Origin: an uncultured delta proteobacterium
Lineage (GTDB): Bacteria; Desulfobacterota; Binatia; UBA9968
NCBI GenBank assembly: GCA_963847445.1
Contig: CAWJZV010000030.1
Location: 512,001-576,000 of the forward strand
Direction of reading: 5' to 3'
Length of the DNA: 64,000 nucleotides
Position numbers and translations under genes: made by a program. The notes under the pieces are model-generated. The model was given only the letters and a program-made list of their open reading frames with translations, did not search any database and was not told the origin of the DNA. Position 1 is the first letter of the stretch, and each line of letters starts with the position of its first letter. Shown one piece after another: positions 54,497 to 64,000 of the stretch.

Positions 54497-55294
54497 TCAT
54501 TTTCCCTTCCACACCGGCGCGCGCTTTTCCGCGAACGCCTTCGGTCCTTCTTTGCTATCCTCCGTCGTTCCCACCAAGGCTGACAGATCCGACTCCAAGC
54601 GAAAACCTTCGTCGATGGACAACTGCACGCCTTTGGTGATCGCTTCTTTGATGAACATCACCGACATCGGCGCGCCTTTGAGGATGCGACTGGCCAATTC
54701 TTCCGCCGCTTTCATGACATCGGCCGCCGGCACCGCATGGTTGACCAGTCCCAGTTTCTCCGCTTCCGCGCCGCTAACGTTGTCGCCGGTTAGGCAGATT
54801 TCCAGCGCCTTGGCCACGCCGACGGTGCGCGCCAACCGCTGGGTCCCGCCAGCGCCAGGAATAATCCCGCGCTTCACTTCAGCCAGCCCCAACTTGGCGT
54901 CTTCCGCGGCGATGCGCATGTCGCAGGCCAGAGCAAATTCGAGCCCGCCGCCGACACAATAGCCGCGAATCGCCGCGATGGTCGGCTTGGTCAGCGCCGC
55001 CACGGCGCGGCTCTGCGAGTTGATGGTTATCCCTGAAAGCTTCGCGGCGCGCCGTTCAATCGGCGAGACCGCGCTCTCGGCGCGCTCTTTCAAGTCCATG
55101 CCAGCCGAAAACGCCCGCTCCCCCGCGCCCGTGAAGATCGCCAGGCGAATCGCCGCATCGTCCTCGATCTGTTTGCACGCCTCGACCAGCTCACGCGCCA
55201 TTTGCCGGTTGACCGCGTTCATCGACTCGGGCCGGTTAAACGTCACCCAAGCGATTTGATTGCGCACTTCGAATAGAATCGTTTCAAAAGCCAT
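54497..55294 (-). CDS. Enoyl-CoA hydratase/isomerase
   Basis: FSAGMDL, GGGLEFALACD, AEVKRGIIPGAGGTQRL. Confidence 0.95.
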   Translation of the reverse strand: MAFETILFEVRNQIAWVTFNRPESMNAVNRQMARELVEACKQIEDDAAIRLAIFTGAGERAFSAGMDLKERAESAVSPIERRAAKLSGITINSQSRAVAALTKPTIAAIRGYCVGGGLEFALACDMRIAAEDAKLGLAEVKRGIIPGAGGTQRLARTVGVAKALEICLTGDNVSGAEAEKLGLVNHAVPAADVMKAAEELASRILKGAPMSVMFIKEAITKGVQLSIDEGFRLESDLSALVGTTEDSKEGPKAFAEKRAPVWKGK

Positions 55295-55529
55295 CTTGTT
55301 CCTACCTTTCTTGAATGAAAATCGAAATCCAAAGCACGCAATCTGAAACACATTCAAATGACCAAAAATTCAAATTCCAAACAGGTTTCGTTCGGATTCG
55401 GGGTTTTGAAATTTCCGGATTTTAGGTCCATTTGGCTGCGAGTTTGTTTCGGATTTCGGATTTCGTGCTTCGAACGTTCCGATTGGGTCCTTTGCCGCTC
55501 TTTGCGGCTGATCCCTCCGAGTCCGAATA

Positions 55530-56542
55530 CTACCGTCCCTTCGCCTTTCTTTCCTGCGCGAGCTGCTCGAGAAACGACAAATCCAATAGCTCGCCGACAT
55601 TCAGTTTCATCCCGGCCAGAGTTTCGATCATTGGCAATCACGTTCTCCATCGCTTTGGCGGTGATCAGCGGCAGCCCCGGGGTGACTTGACTGTAGGTCC
55701 GTCGAGTCTCTTCCAACTCTTCGATCACATTGGAGCGGTAGTATTCGCCGAGATACTTATGCACGCGATCCTTGTTTTTTTCGTCGCGGTAAAAGTCCAT
55801 GCCGTCCGCCAGTCCGCGCATGAAGTTCATGCACCGTCTCTCTATCGGAACGAATAAACGTTCTCGTCGTCAGCGGTCCGGCGATGGTGTACTCGAAATC
55901 TTCCTTGGAGAAGTCGAGGAAGACCGGATAGTTCGCTTTGCGCGCCTTCAGCGTAAACGGCGATTGCAGCACGGTGGCGTGAATTTGACCCGCCGTGAGC
56001 GCAGTCCAGCGGTCTCCCTGACCGCCAACGCCGACTATTTGCACATCTTTGTCGGCAGTCAGCCCTAAACGCCGGGCCGCCAACCGCGCGATAAAATCTG
56101 TGCTCGACCCCAACTGGCTGACACCGATTCTTTTCCCTTTCAGATCCTCGGGCCGTTTGATCGATGGATGCGCGGCCAGAATGTAGTCGAGGCGGTTACC
56201 CACCGCGCCGATAAACTGCAACTCCTTCGCGCCCTGTGCCCAGGCGGCGACCACCGTCGACGCGCCCTGCAATTGCAAAGACAGGTCGCCGGAAAGCGCC
56301 GCCTGGATACCCATAAGCCCGCCGCGAATATAGATCGGCTCAACTTTGATGCCATGTTTCTCAAACGACCCGGACTTATGCGCCACCCAAAAATAACTCG
56401 CCGACCCGCCTAAAGGGTAACCGACCTTGAGTTCGCGCAAGGGTTTGGCTTGGGCAATAACAAGCGCGGGAAGCGGAACTAATACGAACGAGATAAACAA
56501 TTGCAGCAGTCTGGCGTTCGCTCTCATACCCGGCACCTCCAT
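55530..56542 (-). CDS. ABC substrate-binding protein, NMT1/TauA-like, frameshifted
   Basis: FEKHGIKVE, EDLKGKRIGVSQLGSSTD, FMRGLADG. Confidence 0.85.
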
Positions 56543-56574
56543 GAACTAAAGTTTTTAACTCGGACTGACTTTCT

Positions 56575-56955
56575 TTAACCCTCGCCCTTTGGGAGAGGGC
56601 AAGGGTGAGGGCTCTTCAGCTCTGCACTGATCCTCTCCAGACACGCCTCAAGATTCGTTAAAACATCGTTGTTCCAAAAGCGAAGCACGCGATACCCGCG
56701 CGACTCCAGAAAATCAGTTCTGGCTTGATCCGCCGCGCTTTGCTCCGCATGCTGACCACCATCAAGCTCGACCACTATGCCCCGCTCGACACAGCAAAAG
56801 TCGGTTATGAACGGACCCATGGGATGTTGCCGGCGGAATTTAGCGCCACACAATTGGCGGTCGCGCAGCTGCGCCCAGAGTTTTTTCTCCGCGTCGGTGA
56901 TCTCCCTTCGCAGCTTACGCGCGTGAGTCTTTTGATTAAGTGGATACGGCAGCAT
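56575..56955 (-). CDS. DUF559 (Vsr-like) endonuclease domain protein
   Basis: ARKLRREITDAEKKLWAQLR...KFRRQHP....DF...VELDGGQH...GYRVLRFWN. Confidence 0.93.
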   Translation of the reverse strand: MLPYPLNQKTHARKLRREITDAEKKLWAQLRDRQLCGAKFRRQHPMGPFITDFCCVERGIVVELDGGQHAEQSAADQARTDFLESRGYRVLRFWNNDVLTNLEACLERISAELKSPHPCPLPKGEG

Positions 56956-57803
56956 TCGGGAGAGCCCTCGCCCATAGCCCTCTCCGGTCTTCAGTCCCCA
57001 TCTCCCTGCATAACCCTCGCCCCCTGGGAGAGGGAAAGGTAGGCATTGCAACGGCGCCAGAGCAAAGCACGCGCAAAATTACTTGGCCGCCTCTTCAACC
57101 AAACTATTGTCGTAAAACTGTTTCACATCGGCGCCTTTCGCTTTGGGATGTTCGACAAATTTTTGCGCGTTCGCCATCGCCTTCTCCTCGACTCTCAGCG
57201 TCAGGGGGAAAGCGTCCTTGTAGAACTCGTAGCTGCCTTGCAGAGTCGGAATCGTCGTTGACTCTGGTGAATTTCCTCAGCGCTTTCTTAGTCACGGCGG
57301 CGTTTTCTCTGGCCAACGGAACCCCTTCGCCAAGCGCGCGCAAAAAATCCACCGCCACCTTGCGGTTCCGGGTGTCCTTCAACCAAGAGTCTCGCGCGGC
57401 GGCAGTTGGGAATAGTCCGTATTCGGTCGTCAACGGCCGGAAGAGCAACTGAAACCCGGCGTTTTTGGCGCGCAAGCCAAAGGGGTAGCCGATCATGCGA
57501 AACATCGACTCGACCGCCGGTGAGCGCCGCGAAGGACTCGCCGACGCCGCCATTCGAGCAACGATAGATAGCCTAGCCGCGGAACTTTCTTCGGCTGCTG
57601 CGCGGCGGCGGGATAACTATGAGCAAAGAACAGAACGCATAGAGCCAGTCTAGTGATTTTTTTGTGCACGGAGTTTGCCCTCGCACTAGCCCTCACCTCT
57701 GTCCTCTCCCAGAGGGAGAGGAAGTAAGAATCTCCAAACCCGGCTTCCCGTTTTCATCTCCGTATCTTCACCCTCGCCCTTTGGGAGAGGCAAGGGTGAG
57801 GGC
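56577..57803. repeat. CCCTC/GAGGG-type palindromic repeats around the DUF559 gene
   Basis: ACCCTCGCCCTTTGGGAGAGG(G)CAAGGGTGAGGG at about 56577 and 57770; related units at 56964-57040 and 57678-57722. Confidence 0.85.
57050..57668 (-). pseudogene. Chimeric solute-binding protein debris (ABC_sub_bind N-terminus plus NMT1-type C-terminus)
   Basis: AQQPKKVPRLGYLS followed by YPFGLRAKNAGF...DFLRALGEG...KALRKF fragments. Confidence 0.65.
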
Positions 57804-57804
57804 A

Positions 57805-57898
57805 AGCTTCACCCCGCCAACTCAAAGCACGGCAGCTTGATCGCCGGATTATGCGTCTGCTCGTAGCGCACATTGACCCGGTCGCCGGTTTTGACCTT
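57805..57898 (-). pseudogene. Diverged duplicate of the last ~30 codons of the DUF35 gene
   Basis: KVKTGDRVNVRYEQTHNPAIKLPCFELAG* versus KVKMGDRVKVRYEQTHNPEIKLPCFELAG* at 58573-58666. Confidence 0.92.
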
Positions 57899-58285
57899 CT
57901 ACCATGCGGTTCGCACAGCGTATTGCGTAATCAGCTTGTCCGGCGTCAATAGCACAAGACCCTGCACAATCGCTTGGCAAACCAACATTCGATCAAAAGG
58001 ATCTTTGTGCAAAGCCGGGAGCCGGATTAAGTGCAATGCGGCTTCTTCGTCTAAATCAAGAGATTCGATGCCATGCTCTTTGCGCTGCGCCGGCACATAT
58101 TTTATCGGCGACTCCGGAAGAGGAAGTTTACCCAACGCATGCTTGACCGAGATTTCCCACGCAGAGACCGAGCTAAGATAAATCTCATTCTCCGGATCGG
58201 AGAATAGTTCCCGTGCATCTTTCGACAGGTCTGGGGCGCCGGTCACGGCCCAGAGAAACGTGGCGGTGTCTAATAAAATCTTCAC
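57899..58285 (-). CDS. PIN-domain (VapC) toxin
   Basis: ILLDTATFLW, SVSAWEI..K...GKL, HKDPFDRML..QA, LLTPD. Confidence 0.94.
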   Translation of the reverse strand: MKILLDTATFLWAVTGAPDLSKDARELFSDPENEIYLSSVSAWEISVKHALGKLPLPESPIKYVPAQRKEHGIESLDLDEEAALHLIRLPALHKDPFDRMLVCQAIVQGLVLLTPDKLITQYAVRTAW

Positions 58286-58527
58286 GGCTCTTTGCCATTG
58301 AATGCATCAATAATATCCGGCGGTAACGGTTCAAAAAACTCGGCTGGAACTGTGAACTGCCCTTTCGCTAAACCGATTGGCCGCTTCGTTTTCCGTCGCT
58401 TAGGCAATGGACGAATCTCGGCAATGGGAATATTCCGTTTGCACAACAGAATGGTCTCTCCCCGCTCGAGCTTTTCCAAATAACGGGATAAGTGGGTCTT
58501 TGCCTCGTGCACATTCAATTTTATCAT
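58282..58527 (-). CDS. Phd/YefM antitoxin
   Basis: NVHEAKTHLSRYLE....GE.I...KRN.PIAE; FFEPLP. Confidence 0.93.
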   Translation of the reverse strand: MIKLNVHEAKTHLSRYLEKLERGETILLCKRNIPIAEIRPLPKRRKTKRPIGLAKGQFTVPAEFFEPLPPDIIDAFNGKEP

Positions 58528-58536
58528 AGCTTAAAA

Positions 58537-58563
58537 GTAGACTAATAAGTGAACTAAGTCTAC
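58537..58563. promoter_or_regulatory. Putative TA autoregulatory operator
   Basis: Inverted repeat GTAGACT-N13-AGTCTAC immediately upstream of the antitoxin. Confidence 0.55.
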
Positions 58564-58576
58564 AACCTAATTAGCT

Positions 58577-58996
58577 TCATCCCGCCAACTCAAAACACGG
58601 CAGCTTGATCTCCGGATTATGCGTCTGCTCGTAGCGCACCTTGACGCGGTCGCCCATCTTGACCTTTTCTTTGTTGTCGCCGAGCAGGCGGCTTTCGATG
58701 ATCACGCCTTCGTCGAGGATCACGTTGATGTAATAGATCGGCGCCTCTTCTTTGAACGCCGGGTTGCGCGGCACGCGGACCAGGGTAAAGCTGTGAATCT
58801 TGCCGGTGCCTTTGGCCTCGATCCAACTCATCTCGCCGAAGCAATCGACGCAGGCGACGCGCGGAAAGAACTGCACCTTGCCGCAGCTGTTGCACTTTTG
58901 CAGAAGAAATTTATTTTTCGCCGCCCCTTCCCAAAACGGCCGGTCGACGGGGTTGATCTTGGGTAAACTTTTTTGCGGTGCTCTTGCTTCAGCCAT
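58577..58996 (-). CDS. Zn-ribbon/OB-fold (DUF35) protein
   Basis: PFWEG....LLQKCNSCG...FFPR..CVDC....W....G.GKIHSFT; coupled to thiolase. Confidence 0.93.
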   Translation of the reverse strand: MAEARAPQKSLPKINPVDRPFWEGAAKNKFLLQKCNSCGKVQFFPRVACVDCFGEMSWIEAKGTGKIHSFTLVRVPRNPAFKEEAPIYYINVILDEGVIIESRLLGDNKEKVKMGDRVKVRYEQTHNPEIKLPCFELAG

Positions 58997-60147
58997 TACT
59001 TTCTCCTTTCCATGACCAGCGCGCTGGTTGTGCCGAGGTTGCGCCCGTAGTTGAGCCAGCCGATGCCGGTGACCAGGGCGCGCTCGGCTTTCGCCACCTG
59101 ATGGCCATCGGCTTCGCCGCGCAGCTGGCGCAGCGCTTCGACGACATGGAGAAAACCGCCGGCCAAGCCCGCTTGCCCGACGGATAATTCGCCGCCGCCG
59201 GTGTTGACCGGAAAGTCGCCTTTGTAAGTAAGATCGTGGGCGTCGACGAACTTGCCGCCGTCGCCTTTTTTGCAGTAACCGAAGTCCTCGATCTGAATCA
59301 TCACGGCGATCGGATAGTCGTCGTAGATCTCGAACAGGTCGATATCCTCGCGCTTCACTTCAGAGAAAATCTTTTCGCCCACCAGTTTCATGCCGAAGGT
59401 GGTTTTCTCCGGCAGCATGTTGGCGACCTGATAATGAATCTTCTCGGCGTCGGTAACTAAATAAACCAGCTTGTCGGTGAGCTGCTTGGCCTTCTCTTCC
59501 GACGCCAGGATAATGCACTCGGCGCCGGAGCAAGGCATGACGCAGTCGAACAAGCGCACCGGATCGGAGATCATCCGCGAGTTCAGATAATCCGTCATCG
59601 ACATCGGCTCGCGGAACAGCGCCTGCGGATTGTTGATCGCGTTGAAACGCTGCGCCACGGCGATCTTGCCGACCTGCTCCAGGGTCGTGCCGAAGTTCTC
59701 CATGTGCAAGCGTTGGATCAACGCCATCAGCGAATTGGGCCCGCCGTAGCCGTAGACATCGACGAAATTGCCGCGCTGATACTCCAGCTGCCGTTGATGG
59801 GCGACGCTGCGGTCGAAAGAGTTGCCCGCCAGCAGCAAGGCGATATCGAGATGGCCGCATTCGATGGCGTCCGCCGCCCGGCTCACCGCGCCGACGCCGC
59901 TGGCGCCGCCGTAGTCGGCGTTGAGCACCCAATCGAGTTCGAAACCCAACTGCTCGGCGACATGCGGCGCCGTGTCGGGACTCGCCTGGGTCGTCACCGA
60001 CAAGCCGTTGATGTCTTTCTTCTTGAGCCCGGTCTGACTCAACGCCGCGCGAATCGCGATGGCATACTGGCCGAGCAGCGACTCCTCTGATTTGCGCGAG
60101 TATTCCGTCGACCCATAGCCGACAAAACAAACTTTTTTACGTCTCAT
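58996..60147 (-). CDS. Thiolase-superfamily protein (SCP2/Ltp2-like, non-canonical)
   Basis: GGASG in place of the catalytic Cys, NPQA, LFDC, EIYDDY, PVNTGGGELS. Confidence 0.9.
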   Translation of the reverse strand: MRRKKVCFVGYGSTEYSRKSEESLLGQYAIAIRAALSQTGLKKKDINGLSVTTQASPDTAPHVAEQLGFELDWVLNADYGGASGVGAVSRAADAIECGHLDIALLLAGNSFDRSVAHQRQLEYQRGNFVDVYGYGGPNSLMALIQRLHMENFGTTLEQVGKIAVAQRFNAINNPQALFREPMSMTDYLNSRMISDPVRLFDCVMPCSGAECIILASEEKAKQLTDKLVYLVTDAEKIHYQVANMLPEKTTFGMKLVGEKIFSEVKREDIDLFEIYDDYPIAVMIQIEDFGYCKKGDGGKFVDAHDLTYKGDFPVNTGGGELSVGQAGLAGGFLHVVEALRQLRGEADGHQVAKAERALVTGIGWLNYGRNLGTTSALVMERRK

Positions 60148-60301
60148 CTTTTTGCTCCCTCTCGTCTCTCGGTCAAGCGTTCAAAACGTTCAAACGGTTC
60201 AAACCGTTTCAGCGGGAACTGAGTCCGTACTTTCTCACTCGGCTCGTCGTCTCTCAATCCAAAATCCAAAATCGAAAATCCAAAATCGATATGCCTTACC
60301 C

Positions 60302-61424
60302 TTACCCTTCACGAAATCTCTCCCCCACCGCCCGATTCAACTCTTCCTCGCGGCCATAGAGCAGCCGCATCAAGCGCGCCTCGCGATAAAACCCTTCGAA
60401 GGGAAACTCTTTGCAGACGCCGTAACCGCCGTGAATCTGAATCGCGCTGTCGGCGGCTTGGAAGGCCATGCGCGCGGCGCGTTTCTTGGCCAGCGCCGCC
60501 TCGTCGAAGTAAGGCAGATCGTTGTCGGCGCGCCAGGCCGCTTCCAAGGTGATCCAGGTCGTCGTGCGAATCTCGATGGCCAGATCGGCCAGCATCCATT
60601 GAATCGCCTGGCGCTCCGCCAAGCCGCCGGCCGAAGGTGACGCGATTTTTCGCATGCTCGATGGACGCCGCCAGACAACGCATGCCGATGCCCAACGATC
60701 GCGCCGCGATCCGCAGCTGTTCGGCGGCGATGATCGCGCCCGCTTCATACTCGTAGCCGAGCAGCTGCTCGTTGGCGATGCGGCAATGGGTCAACGTCAG
60801 CCTGGCCACGGTCGCATCGGTTGTCAGGTCGGCCTCGTCAAGGATGTTGAGCCCGGGCGCGTCGCGCGCGATGACGAACAAGCCCAAACGCTGCGTGCCC
60901 TGCTCCCGCGCCGGGAAAAGAAACAGATCGGCCGGGGCGCGTACACGTCCAAGCGGCAATCTTGCAGGATCGCCCCTTCGGGCTCTTGGCGATAAAGCGT
61001 GCGCAGGTGAGACAAGCTGCCGCTCTTATGCGCTTCGTCGAATGCCAGCGCCAGCGACAGCTCGCCGGCGGCCAGCGCCTGGCCATATTTGGTCTCGAAC
61101 ATGAATGCCGGGAATCGCCACCGGCGCGAAGGGCAACACCGAACGGCCAAACTCGCGGTGAATCAACACCTGGGCGACATGACCCATGGCCGGTCCGCCC
61201 ATGGATTCCGGCAGCTCCAAGGCCCACAGACCGACGTCGCGCGCTTTCTTGGTAAGCTCGGCGGCGACGTTGGCATCGAGCACGCGCCGCTCCGGCGCCC
61301 CCGGCGGCAGGAACGGCTGGGCTTGCTTCAAATAGACGCCTTCGCGGGCGATCAGTTCCTTGTCGACGAACTGCGCCGCGGTTTCTTTGATGAGCTTTTC
61401 TTCTTCAGTCAGTTGCAAATCCAT
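60302..61424 (-). CDS. Acyl-CoA dehydrogenase-like protein, divergent, frameshifted
   Basis: RVTFG..L.ERQAIQWMLAD, QIHGGYG; LLYGREE replaces IxEGxxE. Confidence 0.85.
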
Positions 61425-61584
61425 AAGATTAATCATTCACCACGAAGGCACGAAGGTTAATTTCGAGCCCGAGCAAGGACGTATGCAATACGCCAATGCA
61501 ATCCGAACTTTGCGCCTTCGCGCCTTTGCGGGAGATATTCCGATTTGCGCCCTTTGCGTTCTTTGCGGCCAATTCTCTCTACTC

Positions 61585-62782
61585 TCACTGCAATTCCAGC
61601 AGCGACGTTCCTTGGCGAAACAGTTCGCGCTGAATGATATGGCGCTGCACTTCCGACGGCCCCTCGATGATCCGCCGCGCCCGCGCGTGGCGGAAGGCGC
61701 GCGCGATCACATGCTCCTTGCGCAGCGCCGACGGTCCCACCGCTTCGAGCGCGAAGTCGATGACTTTATGCGCCAGCTCGGTGCCGAAGCAGCTTAACTT
61801 TCGCGGCGTCGACGCGCACGTCCATTTTCTCGTCGGCGCGCCAGGAGGCCGAGTAGGTGAGCGCCTTGAGCGCTTCCAATTCACCTAAAAAATGACCGAT
61901 GGTGCCAGTGTATTTCTCCGCATCTTTGGCGTCCTGGCGCAGCACCTGGGCGACGGCGTTGAGCACGCGCAGGGCCATGCCATGGGCGCGGATACCGACT
62001 TGGAAACGGCGCGCGCCAAGCCACGCCTGATTGAGCGCCCAGCCGTTGCCCACTGCGCCCAGCACTTGCGACTTGTGCACCCGGCAGTCTTCGAAAACCA
62101 GCTCGCAAGGCTCGGTGCCGGCGATGGTCGCGATGCTGCGCACGACGCGATAGCCCGGCGTGCCGGTGTCGATGAGAAAACAGGTCACGCCCTCGCGCCC
62201 TTTGGTGCCCGGCAAGCGGGCGAACAGTTGGACGAAGTCAGCGACATCGGCGAAGGTCGGAAACATCTTGGTGCCATTGATCTCGAAATAGTCGCCGTCC
62301 GGGGTCGCCGTGGTCTGCATCATCGATGGGTCCGCGCCCGACGCCGGCTCGCTCAGGCCGAAAGCGGAAGTTTTCTCGCCGCGAATGCACGGCCAGAGAT
62401 ATTTATCGATCTGTTCGCCTTGGCAATTGAACAAGATGTTCGAGACATGATTGCCGAACTCGAACGGGATCGCGCTCTTCTCCAACTCCTCGGTGACCGC
62501 GATCATGGCGACGTTGCTGACTGCCATGCCGCCGTAGGCTTTGGGCACGTCCAAATGCCACAAGCCCTTGGCCTCGGCACGCTGCTCCAGCCCTTCCATG
62601 ATCTCGAGATAGCGCTTGATCTCCGGATCACTGCTCGATTTCACCCGGCTCTTCCACCGGCTACCCTCGAAGATATCCGGCGCATAGGCGAACTCGGGCT
62701 CCAGCGGCAGCAGTTCGCTATGCACGAACTCGGCGACCGTTTGGCGCAAACTCTCTTCTTCAGCCGACAAATGAAAATTCAT
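61585..62782 (-). CDS. Acyl-CoA dehydrogenase, frameshift near 61800
   Basis: SEPASGAD, INGTKMF, RIIEGPSEVQR. Confidence 0.9.
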
Positions 62783-62929
62783 GGCGCGACGCAATCTCCC
62801 TCCGCCCCTTTATCACAGCTTGCTCGGACAAAAAAACAGTAAACAGGCATTGACCGTCGATTCACCCCTGTGCTAATCCGATCAGCTATCGAAACTTCGT
62901 ACTCAGTCGCCGCAAGCTCCGGAGGTCCC

Positions 62930-63952
62930 ATGTCTGCCGTCAATTTGGCCAACGTCAACATCATCGACGCCGATGGTCATGTCCTGGACCGCGATGCCAA
63001 CTTGCGCAAATTTATCCCTGAGCCCTACTGCCGGCGCCAAGGTTCTCTTTTGCCCAATGATGTCTGGGACGCCAGCATGTACGGCAAGCTGATCACCAAA
63101 TCTCCCGATGTGCCGACCCGTCTGCGTGACATGGATACCGAACATATCGATATCTCCGTGCTGTTTCCCACCGGCGGTTTCGGCGTCACCCAGTTGCCCG
63201 AGAAAGACTACGCCGCCGCCTTCTGCCGCGGTTACAACGATTGGATCGCCAGCGTCTGCGCCGAAAGCCCAAGGCTCAAAGGCGTCGGCCTGGTGCCGTT
63301 TCAGGATGTCGACGCCGCGGCCAAAGAAACCCAGCGGGCCATCCGGGAGCTCGGCCTCGCCGGCATTACCGTCGGCACCTTCGGCATGAAGGAACATCTC
63401 GGCCAACCGATGTATTGGCCGATCTACGAAGAGCTGGAAAAAATGAACGTGCCCTTGCTGGTGCACAACTCGCGCCAGGGTCCGGCCGGCGAAATCCGCT
63501 TCGACACCTTCTTATTTCGCCATACCATTGGACGGCCCTTCGAAACTTTGCTAGATTGCGCCGCACTGGTTTACGGCGGTGTGCCGGAACGGTTTCCTAA
63601 ACTGCGCATCGCCTTTCTCGAATGCGGCTGCGGCTGGGTGCCTTATTGGATGGATCGCATGGACGAAGAATGGGAGAAGCGCAAAGCCGAAGCGCCGCTG
63701 CTAAAGAAAAAACCCAGCGAGTATATCACCGCGGGCAATTGGTTTTTTGCCGCCGAACCGGAAGAGAGCACCGTGCCTTTTTGTTTGGAAAAGGTCGGCG
63801 AAGATGTCATTTTGTTCGCCTCCGACTATCCCCACTGGGATGGTGGTTTTCCTTATATGACGGCGACCGTCAAGGGTAGAAACGACATTAGCGAACCGCA
63901 AAAAGGCAAGATCATGCGCGACAACGCCGCGCGGCTTTACGGTTGGCATTAA
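62930..63952 (+). CDS. Amidohydrolase-2 family protein
   Basis: IIDADGHV, VLFPT, YNDW, LVH, FLECGCGW, ASDYPHWD. Confidence 0.92.
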   Translation: MSAVNLANVNIIDADGHVLDRDANLRKFIPEPYCRRQGSLLPNDVWDASMYGKLITKSPDVPTRLRDMDTEHIDISVLFPTGGFGVTQLPEKDYAAAFCRGYNDWIASVCAESPRLKGVGLVPFQDVDAAAKETQRAIRELGLAGITVGTFGMKEHLGQPMYWPIYEELEKMNVPLLVHNSRQGPAGEIRFDTFLFRHTIGRPFETLLDCAALVYGGVPERFPKLRIAFLECGCGWVPYWMDRMDEEWEKRKAEAPLLKKKPSEYITAGNWFFAAEPEESTVPFCLEKVGEDVILFASDYPHWDGGFPYMTATVKGRNDISEPQKGKIMRDNAARLYGWH

Positions 63953-64000
63953 GAACATTAAAAACAGGAGTATAACTTGAAATTTAGACCGGCCGCATTG

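Noticed and set aside
3863-62782. Mass pseudogenisation or programmed frameshifting
   Set aside because: Single-base indels are scattered across many unrelated genes with otherwise intact motifs and no shared slippery site; sequencing error is more likely. Reads are needed to confirm.
17905-62842. Long opposite-strand ORFs (e.g. 17905-18792, 34161-35159, 36394-37782, 61892-62842)
   Set aside because: Antisense shadows of well-supported genes, expected in GC-rich DNA.

Overview
GC-rich bacterial chromosome segment. Gene content (expanded NMT1/TctC solute-binding proteins, amidohydrolases, CoA-catabolic enzymes) suggests Candidatus Binatia/Deltaproteobacteria-like origin; this is inference. 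Many genes carry single-base frameshifts, most simply explained as uncorrected long-read indels. Layout: (1) 1-3.4 kb rrf2-sufC-sufD-sufS operon; (2) 3.8-10.4 kb more AT-rich candidate defence block (MazG-like, DUF2075 nuclease-helicase fused to an S24 peptidase, HNH nuclease, unknown protein plus TPR protein); (3) 10.5-15.6 kb co-oriented array of toxin-antitoxin/ORF6N cassettes separated by conserved, strand-polarised GTTC(A/C)A-rich repeat blocks; (4) 15.7-64 kb def, oligopeptidase B and a long aromatic/acyl-CoA catabolic and solute-binding region. Region 4 also holds more TA modules (two flanked by diverged duplicates of the neighbouring gene's end), a RAYT with REPs, a DUF559 nuclease with its own repeats, a duplicated hybrid kinase (one copy His->Asn) and many nested short repeat families. 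No rRNA, tRNA, CRISPR or integrase was seen. Best candidates for an undescribed system: the repeat-delimited TA cassette array and the adjacent MazG/DUF2075-S24/HNH/TPR defence-like operon.
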